64,000 nucleotides of DNA, taken from the NCBI GenBank assembly GCA_963675745.2, contig CAXXWX010000001.1:160001-224000 (forward strand), in the 5' to 3' direction. A model generated the notes under the pieces. That model searched no databases. It saw only the letters and a program-made list of their open reading frames with translations, and was not told the DNA's origin. Each line of letters begins with the position of its first letter. Position 1 is the stretch's first letter. Source of the stretch: Phycisphaerae bacterium. GTDB taxonomy: Bacteria; Planctomycetota; Phycisphaerae; UBA1845; Fen-1342. Below are positions 39,440 to 50,449 of the stretch, one piece after another. A program made the position numbers and the translations under genes.

Positions 39440-39901
39440 CCGGTGAGTCCTCCAACACTTTGATATCCGACCCCCGATCGGGTTGGGAGTATACGCGTTG
39501 ACTGCGTGGCTGTCACGTCGCGCTCACCGTCAAATAGTCGCCGAATTACAATTCCGGAGTTCACAGTCCAATCTTCAGATTCCAGATCCTGACGGCCATA
39601 GAGTCTGACCTGCCTCTATTTTCCCTGACATCATATACCGGCTGCTACCAGAGTGGTGTGTGTGGTCTTGCGTGTCGGACGCGACACATGCTCGCACAAT
39701 CACGATGACTCGGAGGTCGAACGCCACCAGCATACATGATTCGATTTGGTAGTAATGCCGGTGTTCCTTGTGGGAGGCAGCGTGGTCCACACGAGGGGCT
39801 GTGGCTGCGCCGATCCTGGCCGGGAGCATTGCGCAAAGTCGGCGGGCCGCCGCGGGAGGTGTCGGCGGCCCGCCAGGGGTGATTCGCTGATGGATAGTCA
39901 A

Positions 39902-42900
39902 CTATCCGCCGATGATAGCGACGAACGCGTCAATATCTCCATTGTTGACCAGCCCGTCACCGTTGCAGTCGGCGAGCATGATATCGCATGACGGGAAATT
40001 CGACGCATACAGGACCGGGTCGGTAACGGCGAGCACGAATGGATCAATGTCGCCATTGTTGACCAGACCGTCGCAATTCAGATCGCCGTCCTGGTATCCA
40101 CCACAGGCTACCGGCCAGGCACCGATCAGGTCGCAGTTCGCATTGGGCGGCGAGAACGGTGCGCAGGGAGAGCTGGCATCCAGCGTGAAGTCATTCGCGC
40201 CGGCGTTGCAGAACAGCGGGTCAAGCGAGATGTTGTTGGGGTCACTGTCCTGGCCGAACAGGCAGTTGACCCAGTCTCCGCCGACGTTACCCCACATGTC
40301 AGAGCAGGTGGCGATGGCGAACGATGGGTCATTCGGCTCACACGCGACGGCTTCGCCCGCGACACTGGACGCGATGATCGTGTTCGTGATCTCGGCGGAG
40401 GAGCCCCAGAAGACGTAGATGCCGCCACCGCCGTAGTTCGGATTGGGGTCGGGGGCGGAGTTGGCGTGGAAGGTGCAGTTATCGACCTGCACAGAGGTGC
40501 CGTTTCCGAGGCAGAGACCGCCGCCGCCGGCGGTGTTCGTGAGGTTGTCGTAGAACGTGCACTTCTCAATAGTGCCGCCGGGCAGGCCGTAGACGGAGAG
40601 TCCGCCGCCACCAACGTTAGCTGTGTTCCCGCCATAGACGCACTCGGAGATGATCGGAACATCGGGGGAAGCCATGGAGGTCATGCCACCGCCGTGACCG
40701 CCGGTGGTCTGATTCCCAGTGAAGGTGGAGCGTCGCAGCTCGACCCAGTTAAACGTCGCCAGGCCGCCACCATCATCGCCCGCGATGTTGTCCTCGAAGA
40801 GGCAGTCGTGCACGACGGCCCAAGTGTAGTGGTCCAGCAGCAGCCCGCCGCCAAAGCTCGGCGCGGTGGTGTTCGAGCGGAACTCACAATCGGTGATCTT
40901 CGGTGAGGCACCGTTGCGCAGCACGGCCATGCCGCCACCGGCGTAAGCGGTGTTATCTTCCAGAATACACTGGTCAATCGTGGGGGACGACGCATTTTTG
41001 ATCACGATGCCGCCGCCCTCGTAGTTGTTGGGATCACTGACCATGTATCCGTTGATGATCTTAACAGCGCGAAGGACGGAGTTGGGATCTTCATCGGACT
41101 GGAAGATAAACCCGCGGTGTTCGTTGGCGGCGCCGGCGGCGCAGTCGATGATGCAGGCTTCGGCGTCGCCGCTCTGCGACTCGACGGTGATCTTCTTGCC
41201 GCCAAAGTCGACATCAATGTTGCCGGCACCGGTGAACGTTGCATCACAGAGCTGGATGATGTCGCCGTCGTACGCGGCGTCAATCGCGGCCTGGATGGTG
41301 GTGAAATCAGCCGGCCCGGTGGGGCAGACCGTGTACGTCTTCGGCACGCCGCAGTTGACGGGCCAGGCACCGATCAGGTCGCAGTTTGAATTGGGCGTTG
41401 CGAACGCCGCACAGGGCGAGTTGGTGTTGAGCGTGAAGTCCTTGCCGGCGGCGTAGCAGAACATCGGGTCGAGCGAGATGTTGTTGGGGTCGGCATCCTG
41501 GCCAAACAGGCAATCGACCCAGTCACCGCCGGCGTTGTTATAGATGTCGCAGCACGTGGCGGTCGCGGTGGCATCGTTCGGCTCACACGCGACGGCCTCA
41601 CCGGCAACACTGGACGCGATGATCGTGTTCGTGATCTCGAGGGATGAGGTCCAGAAGACGTAGATACCTCCGCCAACGGACGGGTCGTTCGGGTCATACG
41701 GGTAAGCGGCGTTGGCGTGGAACGTGCAGTTGTCGACCTCGACACTGGTGTTGTTTCCGAGGCTGAGTCCGCCGCCAGGGCCGGAGTTCACCACGTTGTC
41801 GTAGAAGGTGCACTCATCTATCACGCCGCCGGACAGGCCGTAGACGGAAAGGCCGCCGCCACCAACGTTGGCGGTGTTTCCGCCATAGATGCACTCGGAG
41901 ATGATCGGGACGTCGGGCGAAGCCATGGAAGTCATGCCGCCGCCGTGACCGTTGGTGGTCTGATTCCCGGTGAAAGTGCAGCGTTGCAGGTCGACCCAGT
42001 TGAAGGTTGCCAGACCGCCGCCGTCGTCGCCGGCAACGTTGTCCTCGAAGAGGCAGTCATACACGACGGCCCAGGTGCTGTGGTCAAGCAACAGCCCACC
42101 GCCAAAGCTTGGCTCGGTGGTGTTCGAGCGGAACTCACAATCGGTGATCTTCGGTGAGGCACCGTTGCGCAGCACCGCCATGCCGCCACCCGCGTAAGCG
42201 GTATTATCCTCCAGAATGCACTGGTCGATCGTGGGGGACGACGCGTTCCTGATCACAATGCCGCCACCATCGGCGTCGTTGGGCTCGCCGGTCATGTATC
42301 CGTTGATGATCTTGACCGCGCGGAGCACTGAATTGGGGTCTTCGTCGGAGTGGAAGACGAACCCGCGGTGGCGGTTGGCCGCGCTGGCGGCACAGTCGAT
42401 CACACAGGCCTCGGCGTTGCCACTCTGCGACTCGACGGTGATCTTCTTGCCGCCGAAGTCGACATCGACGTTGCCGGCACCGGTGAAAGTCGCGTCACAA
42501 AGCTGGATGGTGTCACCGTCGGCGGCTGCATTGATTGCCGCCTGAATGGTGGTGTAGTCCGCCGTCCCGGTGGGACAGACCGTGTACGTCATGGCGCCCG
42601 AGCAACCGACGCCATAACAGCCCACCTGCCCGCAGGGCAGCGCCAGCGGAGCGCACGGCGAGTTGGCGTGGACGGTGAAGTCATTTGTGCCGGCACCGCA
42701 GAAGATTGGGTCGGCCTGCATGTTGTTGCGCAGGGCGAGCTGCCCGGACAGGCCGCTGACCCAGTCGCCACCCGAGTTGGAGTAGACATCGGTGCATGTC
42801 GCCGTGACCGAACCGCCGCTGTTCACCCAGGCGGCTTCGCCACCACCGATGCCAAAGGCGATGATGGTGTTGTTAACCGCGGCGCTGGCGTTGTCCCACA

Positions 42901-43819
42901 TGTCGAAGCCGCTGCCCAGGGGCGAGTCGTTCCCGTAGAAGGTGCAGTAGTCGACATCGATGCTGGTGGTATAGCCCCAGGCGTACACGGCACCGCCGTG
43001 CAGGCCACTGACGTTCCCGTAAAGCAGACAGCTCGCGAGCGTCACGTCCGAGAAGTTCGCGATCAAAGCTCCGCCCGAGTTCCGGCCGTCGTTGTCGGCG
43101 AAGGTACACTCTTCGATCCAGACGATCGAGCTTTCGGCGTAGAGACCGCCGCCGCCACCACCGCCGACGCCGCCGGTGACCAGGTTGTCTGAGAACACGC
43201 ACTCAAAGAAGAACGGATCGGACTCGAGGCTGTAGACACCGCCACCGAAGGCGTTGTTCAGTCCACCGTTGGCGGTGTTGTTGGAGATCGTTGTCTGCTG
43301 GACGTAGGGGGAGGAGTCTTCGATGATGTACATCCCACCCCCGTTTTGCGACGTGTTGCCGTCGATGACACACCCGGTGATCGTCGGCGAGCCGGAAGCT
43401 GGATAGGTGATCGGTGGAAACCCCGTCTTACCGCAGACGATGCCGTGACCGGCGGCCGTGATCGTGACATACTCGAGCTTGGAGTTGCGGCCCTCATCGT
43501 TGACGAACAGGACTCCCCCGCCCGCTGCCGAGGGGCCCTGAATGGTACAGCTCGCCGGATCACCGCTTTGAGATCGGATGGTGATCTCCTTGCCGTTGTA
43601 GCTGAACCCACAGTTGTCGGTGCCACTGAAGGTGCCGTCGGTCAGCTCGATAATGTCGGTGTTGCTGGCGGCGTTGATCGCGGCCTGGATGGTCGGGTAA
43701 TCGCCGGTTCCGTCAGGTTTGACCACATATGTTGTGCCAAACACCGGTGATGCCAGCCCCCCCACCACCAGCAGCACGGTGATGCACGCTAACGAGTTTT
43801 TCAATTTCGCGGTTGACAT
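39902..43819 (-). CDS. Large secreted parallel beta-helix repeat protein (three modules) with C-terminal dockerin-like domain
   Basis: Signal peptide; three TIQAAI-started modules with GGG / C.F..N repeats; GDLNCDG..NNGDIDPFV tail. Confidence 0.85.
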   Translation of the reverse strand: MSTAKLKNSLACITVLLVVGGLASPVFGTTYVVKPDGTGDYPTIQAAINAASNTDIIELTDGTFSGTDNCGFSYNGKEITIRSQSGDPASCTIQGPSAAGGGVLFVNDEGRNSKLEYVTITAAGHGIVCGKTGFPPITYPASGSPTITGCVIDGNTSQNGGGMYIIEDSSPYVQQTTISNNTANGGLNNAFGGGVYSLESDPFFFECVFSDNLVTGGVGGGGGGGLYAESSIVWIEECTFADNDGRNSGGALIANFSDVTLASCLLYGNVSGLHGGAVYAWGYTTSIDVDYCTFYGNDSPLGSGFDMWDNASAAVNNTIIAFGIGGGEAAWVNSGGSVTATCTDVYSNSGGDWVSGLSGQLALRNNMQADPIFCGAGTNDFTVHANSPCAPLALPCGQVGCYGVGCSGAMTYTVCPTGTADYTTIQAAINAAADGDTIQLCDATFTGAGNVDVDFGGKKITVESQSGNAEACVIDCAASAANRHRGFVFHSDEDPNSVLRAVKIINGYMTGEPNDADGGGIVIRNASSPTIDQCILEDNTAYAGGGMAVLRNGASPKITDCEFRSNTTEPSFGGGLLLDHSTWAVVYDCLFEDNVAGDDGGGLATFNWVDLQRCTFTGNQTTNGHGGGMTSMASPDVPIISECIYGGNTANVGGGGLSVYGLSGGVIDECTFYDNVVNSGPGGGLSLGNNTSVEVDNCTFHANAAYPYDPNDPSVGGGIYVFWTSSLEITNTIIASSVAGEAVACEPNDATATATCCDIYNNAGGDWVDCLFGQDADPNNISLDPMFCYAAGKDFTLNTNSPCAAFATPNSNCDLIGAWPVNCGVPKTYTVCPTGPADFTTIQAAIDAAYDGDIIQLCDATFTGAGNIDVDFGGKKITVESQSGDAEACIIDCAAGAANEHRGFIFQSDEDPNSVLRAVKIINGYMVSDPNNYEGGGIVIKNASSPTIDQCILEDNTAYAGGGMAVLRNGASPKITDCEFRSNTTAPSFGGGLLLDHYTWAVVHDCLFEDNIAGDDGGGLATFNWVELRRSTFTGNQTTGGHGGGMTSMASPDVPIISECVYGGNTANVGGGGLSVYGLPGGTIEKCTFYDNLTNTAGGGGLCLGNGTSVQVDNCTFHANSAPDPNPNYGGGGIYVFWGSSAEITNTIIASSVAGEAVACEPNDPSFAIATCSDMWGNVGGDWVNCLFGQDSDPNNISLDPLFCNAGANDFTLDASSPCAPFSPPNANCDLIGAWPVACGGYQDGDLNCDGLVNNGDIDPFVLAVTDPVLYASNFPSCDIMLADCNGDGLVNNGDIDAFVAIIGG

Positions 43820-44009
43820 GGCTTAGCCTCCCGTGCACCTGATCCGCCACAGTGGTGAGGCCCGGTGCGGCTGCAATACCAAATTGACGTTCGCGGGGCA
43901 TCGTCTGTCCATTGCCAGCCCAACAAGGGTGACTGCGATGCCTGTCAATATGGGGAACGTAAGGCGCAGCGCGCGACGACGCGAAAAACCAGCTTTCCTG
44001 CCGGAATGC

Positions 44010-46478
44010 TCAGGGGGCCGGCTGCGTGGCGGGTGGTCTGGCCAGCGACTCCAGGCGCCAGAGGGCCAGTTCATACTCGTTCATGGGCAGCAGGACGAAA
44101 TTGTTCGTGTCGAGTTGCACATCGGTGGCTACGCAACGCTCGAACCAGTGCCGGGCGCGTGCGACATCGCCGCGCAGCAGACACACCTCGCCCGCGTAGT
44201 AACACCCCTCGCACAGCCTGGCCGGGTCATTATCGGCCGCTGCCACCAGCGCCTCGGGAGACAGATCGCCCTGCAAACAGGCGAAGATGCTCTCCAGCCA
44301 GACGTCGCCCGCGGCATCGTGGGCCTGGGCCAGCAAGCTCTCGGCTTCTGCGCGCTGCCCTAGCTCAAACAGTATGAGCGCCAGCCGCGCGTCCGCGTAG
44401 TGCGGCTGCCCATGCACGGCGCGGACTCCGCGATAGTCGTTGGCCGCCTCGGCAAGCCGACCGGTGATCCATAGCGATGTGGCGCGCTGATAGCGAAACC
44501 AGATTGGCGCGGTCCCCGGACGGCGCTGGGCATCGCCCAGCAAACGGTCGTAGTCAGCGATGGCGTCTTCGTGGCGGTTCAATCGGCGATAGGCGACGGC
44601 GCGAGAACCATAGGCCAGCGCCGGTACGGCGGCATGTTCGATGAACTCGGTGAACACGTCGACCGCCTTCTCAAACTCGCCGCGACGCACGAGGATCTCG
44701 CCGTGCAGAATCTGCCAGGAGACGGTATCAGGCCTTAGTTTTGCGAGATGCTGGACGGCATCGACCGCGCTATCGAGATCCCCTGAGTTGATGCCGAGAT
44801 ACGTCAGACGCGACCAGGCCAGCATGTGTGTGGGATCGCGCTCCACCACCCGCCGGGCGTGGGCTTCGGCCTGTGCGGGGTCGAAGGCCAGCAGCGAGCG
44901 CAGGTAACTTGCGTCGATGGTGTCGGGCATGATTGCCAGCGCCGTGGCCGACAGCTCCTCGGCCAAGCGGTGCTCACCCGTCTTGCGATACATCTCGGCC
45001 AGGACCAGCCGGGTGGCCCAGTAGCCGGGTTGGGTTGGCTGCAGGCGCTCCAGATCCAGGATGGTTTGCTCGGCCTGGCGCGTCTGAACACGGGCCCGCG
45101 CCAAAGCGATCTGCGGATCGATCAGGTTGGGATATTGCGCTTTTAGCGCCAACGCGAGGCCCACCGCCGCCTTGGCGTCGCCGCCCTCGAGCACCTGCAC
45201 CGCCCGCAGAGACTGTAGCCGCGCATATGCGATATCCCGCGCCTCGGCCGCGGCGCTCCGCGTGCGCTGCCACCACGCGCCGGTGAGGATCACCACGAGC
45301 ACGATGGCCACGATCCCGGATGTGACGGCGATGCGGGCGCGATGCTTGAGCAGTTTCTTGCGCATGTAATAGAAGCTGCTCGGACGCCGGGCCAGAATCG
45401 GCTCTCCGCTCAAGTACCTGCGCAGCTCGGCCGCCAATTCGGCCGCCGACGCGTAACGCGCGGTTTTGTCCTTGGCGAGGGCCTTCAAGACGATGATCTC
45501 CAGCTCGCCGTCGACTTGTGAGGTGAGCTTGGTCGGCAGCGGCGGCGCGGACTCGATAATCCGCTGGATGACTTCGGACGGCCGCCCCCGGGGTTCGATC
45601 GGGAGCTGGTGCGTCAGCGCCTCGAACAGCATCACGCCCAGCGCATACACATCCGTGCGCGCATCGACTTCGGCGGGCGCCCCGGCCGCCTGCTCCGGCG
45701 ACAGGTAGGCCAGCGTGCCCATGATCTGTCCGGGACTCGACAGGGAGGCGTAGGACGTCGGGGCGCTGTCCGTCTGGTCGACCGCCTTGGCGAGACCAAA
45801 ATCGAGCACGTGAGGGGCATCGTCCTGGTCGATCAGCACGTTGGCGGGCTTCAGATCGCGGTGGATGATCCCGTGCTCGTGCGCGGCCTGCACGCCGTCA
45901 CAGATCCGGGCGAAGAGTCGTACGATGTCCGGAAGTCCGAGATCCTGGGCCAGGTAACGATCCAGACGCTGGCCATCGACGTAATCCATCGCGAAATAGG
46001 GCTGTCCCGAAACCACACCGCTCTCGAGGATTCGAACAACGCCCGAGTGATCGAGGCGCGCGGCAAGCTGCACCTCGCGCTCGAATCGGCGGCGCGCGGC
46101 CGGCGAGGCGAATGGACCGGCCAGCATGACCTTGATCGCGACCGTGCGCCGCGTGGCGATCTGCAAGGCCTTGTACACAACCCCCATGCCGCCCCGGCCG
46201 ATCTCCCGCAGCAGTTCGTAACCCTCAATAGCCGGCAGGTCGGCATCCGCCGTCGCCGCCTTCGAGGCACCCACGTCGGATGCCAAAGGGCGAATGGTGT
46301 CCAGCAGCGATAGACCTTCGAGATACGGCAGCAGTTCATCAGCCAGATCAGGGTACTCGTCCGCAAAGCGGGCCGGCGTGAGCACCTCGCCGGATTGCTG
46401 GCGATCGAAGTACTCGTTAATCAGCGCGGCGATGCGCTCGTCCGGTTCCGGATGTTCACCCCGCTGTTCGGAATCCAT
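44010..46478 (-). CDS. Membrane Ser/Thr protein kinase with TPR C-terminus
   Basis: GRGGMGVVY, HRDLKPAN, DFG, YLSPE; TM; paralog of 20439-22826. Confidence 0.92.
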   Translation of the reverse strand: MDSEQRGEHPEPDERIAALINEYFDRQQSGEVLTPARFADEYPDLADELLPYLEGLSLLDTIRPLASDVGASKAATADADLPAIEGYELLREIGRGGMGVVYKALQIATRRTVAIKVMLAGPFASPAARRRFEREVQLAARLDHSGVVRILESGVVSGQPYFAMDYVDGQRLDRYLAQDLGLPDIVRLFARICDGVQAAHEHGIIHRDLKPANVLIDQDDAPHVLDFGLAKAVDQTDSAPTSYASLSSPGQIMGTLAYLSPEQAAGAPAEVDARTDVYALGVMLFEALTHQLPIEPRGRPSEVIQRIIESAPPLPTKLTSQVDGELEIIVLKALAKDKTARYASAAELAAELRRYLSGEPILARRPSSFYYMRKKLLKHRARIAVTSGIVAIVLVVILTGAWWQRTRSAAAEARDIAYARLQSLRAVQVLEGGDAKAAVGLALALKAQYPNLIDPQIALARARVQTRQAEQTILDLERLQPTQPGYWATRLVLAEMYRKTGEHRLAEELSATALAIMPDTIDASYLRSLLAFDPAQAEAHARRVVERDPTHMLAWSRLTYLGINSGDLDSAVDAVQHLAKLRPDTVSWQILHGEILVRRGEFEKAVDVFTEFIEHAAVPALAYGSRAVAYRRLNRHEDAIADYDRLLGDAQRRPGTAPIWFRYQRATSLWITGRLAEAANDYRGVRAVHGQPHYADARLALILFELGQRAEAESLLAQAHDAAGDVWLESIFACLQGDLSPEALVAAADNDPARLCEGCYYAGEVCLLRGDVARARHWFERCVATDVQLDTNNFVLLPMNEYELALWRLESLARPPATQPAP

Positions 46479-46715
46479 GTCATCGCCTCTGGCGATATGT
46501 TGGCACTTGACGTTCAACTCTCATCGGCGAAAACAACTCAGGACGTGCGAACACCCACGTAGTGGACTGAGGATCGCAGGTGCCCGGCACACGTGCCACG
46601 CGGGTGAATCGAACGGCCACTAAGCGCATAATAATTCAATTGCACAGAATCTCACAGCATATCCCACTCGGGCAGTCGGTTATCATGCGCATTGGTGAGA
46701 CTCGACGGCAATACA

Positions 46716-47345
46716 ATGGTCGATCATCGTCAAACAGAAGCCTGGGTAATCGCGGCGGCGCAGGGTGATGGCCTGGCACTGCGCAAACTGCTCGCGGCTT
46801 ATCACCCTTTGCTGCGCGCACGCGTAGCGACGCGCATGGACCGCGGCTTACGCGCTCGCGTCGAGCCCGAGGATATCCTGCAACAGGTGTATCTGGATGT
46901 CTTTCGCCGAATCGGTCATTTTGAGCAGCGCGGCCCGGACGCGTTTGTGAACTGGGTGCTGACGATCGCCGATAACAAGCTGGTTGACCTGCGCCGGGCG
47001 TTGCACGCGCAGATGCGGGACGTCGATCGAGAAATGCCGCCCGGTGGGGCCGGCGGCGCCGAGTCGTGTTGGAACCTGCTCGACCAGCTCTACACCGATT
47101 CGCAGACGCCGAGCCGGGTCGTGCGCAAAGACGAGGCCGTCGGGGCGCTGCTGGCGTGTCTGTCCGAGCTGTCGGAATCACATCGCCAGGTATTGCGGCT
47201 GCGTTTCCTCGAGGGACGCCCCGTCAGCGATATCGCCAAAGTGCTGGGGAAATCACCCGGCGCCGTGGTGGCCCTCTCCAAACGCGCCCTCGAGGCACTG
47301 CGAGCGGCAATGGACCATCTGGGCGATTTTACCCGTGGACCATAG
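46716..47345 (+). CDS. ECF RNA polymerase sigma factor, divergent from the kinase
   Basis: GD..AL..L, EDILQ, F.NW, TPS, IA..LG. Confidence 0.88.
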   Translation: MVDHRQTEAWVIAAAQGDGLALRKLLAAYHPLLRARVATRMDRGLRARVEPEDILQQVYLDVFRRIGHFEQRGPDAFVNWVLTIADNKLVDLRRALHAQMRDVDREMPPGGAGGAESCWNLLDQLYTDSQTPSRVVRKDEAVGALLACLSELSESHRQVLRLRFLEGRPVSDIAKVLGKSPGAVVALSKRALEALRAAMDHLGDFTRGP

Positions 47346-47389
47346 CGTTGGATCTTCTCACATCGGGCATCCATCGGAAGGTAACCAAG

Positions 47390-47698
47390 ATGCAACAGTA
47401 CAAGGTCGACTTCGACTCACTACCGTGGGACATCCCGATCAGTGGCGTGCGCTGCAAGGCCGTGCGCTCGGATGGCAGGCAACTGCGCCTGGTTGAATAC
47501 ACGCCCGAGATGGCACCGCACTGGTGTGAGAAGGGACACATCGGCTGCATCCTGGACGGGCGCTTCGAGATCCAATTCACTGACGAGACAATCATCTTCA
47601 ATGCCGGCGACGGTGTGTTCATACCATCCGGAGCGCAACACAAGCACATGGCGCGAGCGCTGTCGGATACGGTCCGCGCCGTGTTCGTGGAAGACTGA
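47390..47698 (+). CDS. Cupin domain protein
   Basis: HWCEKGHIG.ILDG...AGD.VFIP.G..HKH. Confidence 0.8.
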   Translation: MQQYKVDFDSLPWDIPISGVRCKAVRSDGRQLRLVEYTPEMAPHWCEKGHIGCILDGRFEIQFTDETIIFNAGDGVFIPSGAQHKHMARALSDTVRAVFVED

Positions 47699-47902
47699 TC
47701 GCCCCGAGCGCACATAAGCCGACACCCGCCACAACATTCGACAGCACACCCTACCAATTCACAGCGCAACGCAGACGTGCGGCGTGTACGCTGCATGTAC
47801 GGCCCTATCTCGGCGGGAGTGTGTGCGCGGGAGGGAATCCGACGGTCCAATGCGGGCGGCGCCGGGCGATAGCTCGCCGGCTCGCGACATGGAGCAACAA
47901 TA

Positions 47903-50221
47903 GTGAGACGTCATCGCTTCGCAATCGTGATGATGATATCCATGACATTGCTTGGCTTGGAGATCATCTGGACGCGTATCTTCTCCGCCGAGTTCTTCTA
48001 CACGTACGCGTTTCTCGTGCTCTCTCTGGCAGTCATGGGCTTGGGGCTGGGCGCGCTGGCGCTGCGCCTGTGGCCGGCGTTGCGGCGCAGATGGTGCCTG
48101 GGGCTCGTGCTGCTATTGACCGCGTGCATGTCGATGCTGGGGCCGCCGTTGGTATTTCAACTGGGCCTGAAGTTCTCGGAATTGTGCGATAGCTGGGCGA
48201 TGATCGGCAAGCTAGTGGCGGCCATTGCGCTACTCAGCTCGACGTACTTCCTGGGCGGTATCGCCCTGGGTTCCCTTTTCAGACGTAACCACCGGGACAT
48301 GCCTCGTCTGTACATGGCCGACCTCGTGGGCGCGGGCGTGGGAGTGGTCGGCGCCATTGTGCTGATGAACAGCATCGGCACGCCGGCCGCCACATTTGTG
48401 ATGACTATACCGATTCTGGCCGCCGCCATATTGGCAATACGCGGCGCCGCGCGTCTGCTTCCGGTGCTGCTGCTTGTTGCGCCGTTTGTGATGATGAGCC
48501 GCGCGGAGGGCCTGCTCGAGATGGAGCGTGAGGAGCGCGCCCCGGTGGTCTACAAGCATTGGGATGCCACAGCCAAGATCAAGCTCTTTGACTATGGCCC
48601 ACGGGCCCGCGGCATTAACATCGATAACGCCGCCAACACCCCGGTCTTTGCGTTTGACGGCAACTGGGACAGGCCGGAAGAGGATCGCTTCCAGTTTGGC
48701 ATCGACGTTTCCAACTTGATTGCGCGTTTCGACGACTGCACGTTTCTCTCGCTGGGTGCTGGCGGCGGCGGTGACGTGTTGCAGGCGCTGCAAGCCGGCG
48801 CAGCGGAGATTCACGCCGTCGAGGTCATCCCCCATATCAACGAGATGATGTTGACCGGTGAGCTGGCTGATTTTTCCGGGCACATTTATGACGACGCCCG
48901 CGTACGCGCCGTGACCGAAGATGCCCGCGCCTACGTTCGCCGACACCGTGGCGAATTCGATGTGATTTACTCGCTCAGCTCCAATTCCTGGGCGGCGCTG
49001 GCGTCCGGTTCCTTCGCGCTGGCGGAGAATTACCTGTTCACGACCGAGGCCTTCCAGGATTACTGGAACGCGTTGTCCGAAAACGGGTTCATGATGATGG
49101 AGCACCAGTTCTACATGCCACGCCTCGTCAGTGCCCTGATCGACGCGCTGGAGGCGTCGGGTGTCCCGCAACCACGCAGCCATTTCGCGATCTACAACCT
49201 GCCGAGCATGCGCCGCAAGATGCTGCTGCTGTCCAGGCAACCGCTCACCGCGGACATCATTAACAACGCCTTCGGCGAACTCACGCCGGAGATCCACGAA
49301 CACATCCACCTCTTGTATCCCACGTCCGGGCCGGAGGATGACAATCTGGTCGGCCGGATCGTCGAGCATGGTTGGCGCGAGGCGGCGGGCACAGCGCCGG
49401 TCAACATATCACCGACGACGGATGATCGACCGTTCGTCGGTCAGATGGGCCTTTGGCGTAATTTCAAATGGGAGAAGCCGCCGAAGAGCCTGGGACTGGG
49501 CGTGTTCGGTTACCCGCTGTCGCAGGTGATCGTGGTTGTGATCCTGTTGGTCGTCGTGGTTCTGGTGCTCCCGCTGAACCTGCTGCCCTACCTGGCAAAA
49601 GGAGCCCGCCTGGGAGTCGCGCCGTGGCTGTATTTCTTCACGATCGGAGCGGCGTTCATGGCGGTCGAGGTCGTGCTGATCCAGAAATACACGCTTTTTG
49701 TCGGACCGTCGGTCTATAGCGTCGCCGCCATCCTGCTGTCAGTGCTGATCGCATCCGGCATCGGCAGTCGTTTCTCGCGGCGTGTGCCGGCGAACGTCGT
49801 ATTCAGCGGCATAGTTGTGTGGTTGCTGCTCGAGGCGTTTGCACTCGCCTACATAACCGACGCGCTGGCGGCCCTGCCCCTGGGACCACGCATCGCAATC
49901 TCGGTGGTGCTCGTGCTACCCCTCGGCTTCTTCATGGGCATGCCGTTTCCGAAGGGCGCGCTGCGCGTCGGCCCGCTGATCGACTGGGGGTTTGCGGTGA
50001 ATGGAGCCGCATCGGTGCTGGGCGGGACGGCGGTCGTTCTGGTCTCAATGTCGCTCGGTTTCCGCGTAGCCCTGCTCATGGCGGCCGGCTTGTACGCGCT
50101 GGCGTACGTCCTGTTCGCGCGAGACGCCGGGTGGAACGGGCGCCATGGCCGGGGCATTTCACGGGCCGGGGCTGGCCCGGAAACCGCCCCGACGGAGCCA
50201 GCGACGCAATCCTCAATCTAG
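47903..50221 (+). CDS. Membrane protein with SAM-dependent (spermidine synthase-like) domain
   Basis: N- and C-terminal TM bundles; LGAGGGGD, AVEV, EDAR.Y, ENYLFT.EAF, GFFMGMPFP. Confidence 0.82.
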   Translation: MRRHRFAIVMMISMTLLGLEIIWTRIFSAEFFYTYAFLVLSLAVMGLGLGALALRLWPALRRRWCLGLVLLLTACMSMLGPPLVFQLGLKFSELCDSWAMIGKLVAAIALLSSTYFLGGIALGSLFRRNHRDMPRLYMADLVGAGVGVVGAIVLMNSIGTPAATFVMTIPILAAAILAIRGAARLLPVLLLVAPFVMMSRAEGLLEMEREERAPVVYKHWDATAKIKLFDYGPRARGINIDNAANTPVFAFDGNWDRPEEDRFQFGIDVSNLIARFDDCTFLSLGAGGGGDVLQALQAGAAEIHAVEVIPHINEMMLTGELADFSGHIYDDARVRAVTEDARAYVRRHRGEFDVIYSLSSNSWAALASGSFALAENYLFTTEAFQDYWNALSENGFMMMEHQFYMPRLVSALIDALEASGVPQPRSHFAIYNLPSMRRKMLLLSRQPLTADIINNAFGELTPEIHEHIHLLYPTSGPEDDNLVGRIVEHGWREAAGTAPVNISPTTDDRPFVGQMGLWRNFKWEKPPKSLGLGVFGYPLSQVIVVVILLVVVVLVLPLNLLPYLAKGARLGVAPWLYFFTIGAAFMAVEVVLIQKYTLFVGPSVYSVAAILLSVLIASGIGSRFSRRVPANVVFSGIVVWLLLEAFALAYITDALAALPLGPRIAISVVLVLPLGFFMGMPFPKGALRVGPLIDWGFAVNGAASVLGGTAVVLVSMSLGFRVALLMAAGLYALAYVLFARDAGWNGRHGRGISRAGAGPETAPTEPATQSSI

Positions 50222-50449
50222 ACCCAGCCGCAAGCCAGTCCGGCAATTGCGGTCGGTGGGTGATTTCACTTGATTCCGTTGCGGGACTGTGTCATTGTAC
50301 AATGAACCGTTTCGGACAGCGTGTTTCGTGCGGCTCCAACGATTGCGGCACGACGCGAATAGCCATCGATGCGCGCGCCGAGCACCGAAACACCGGCCCG
50401 AACCAGCCGATAGACAGGCACGGCATACTTGCCTGGGAGAGAGAAAGTC

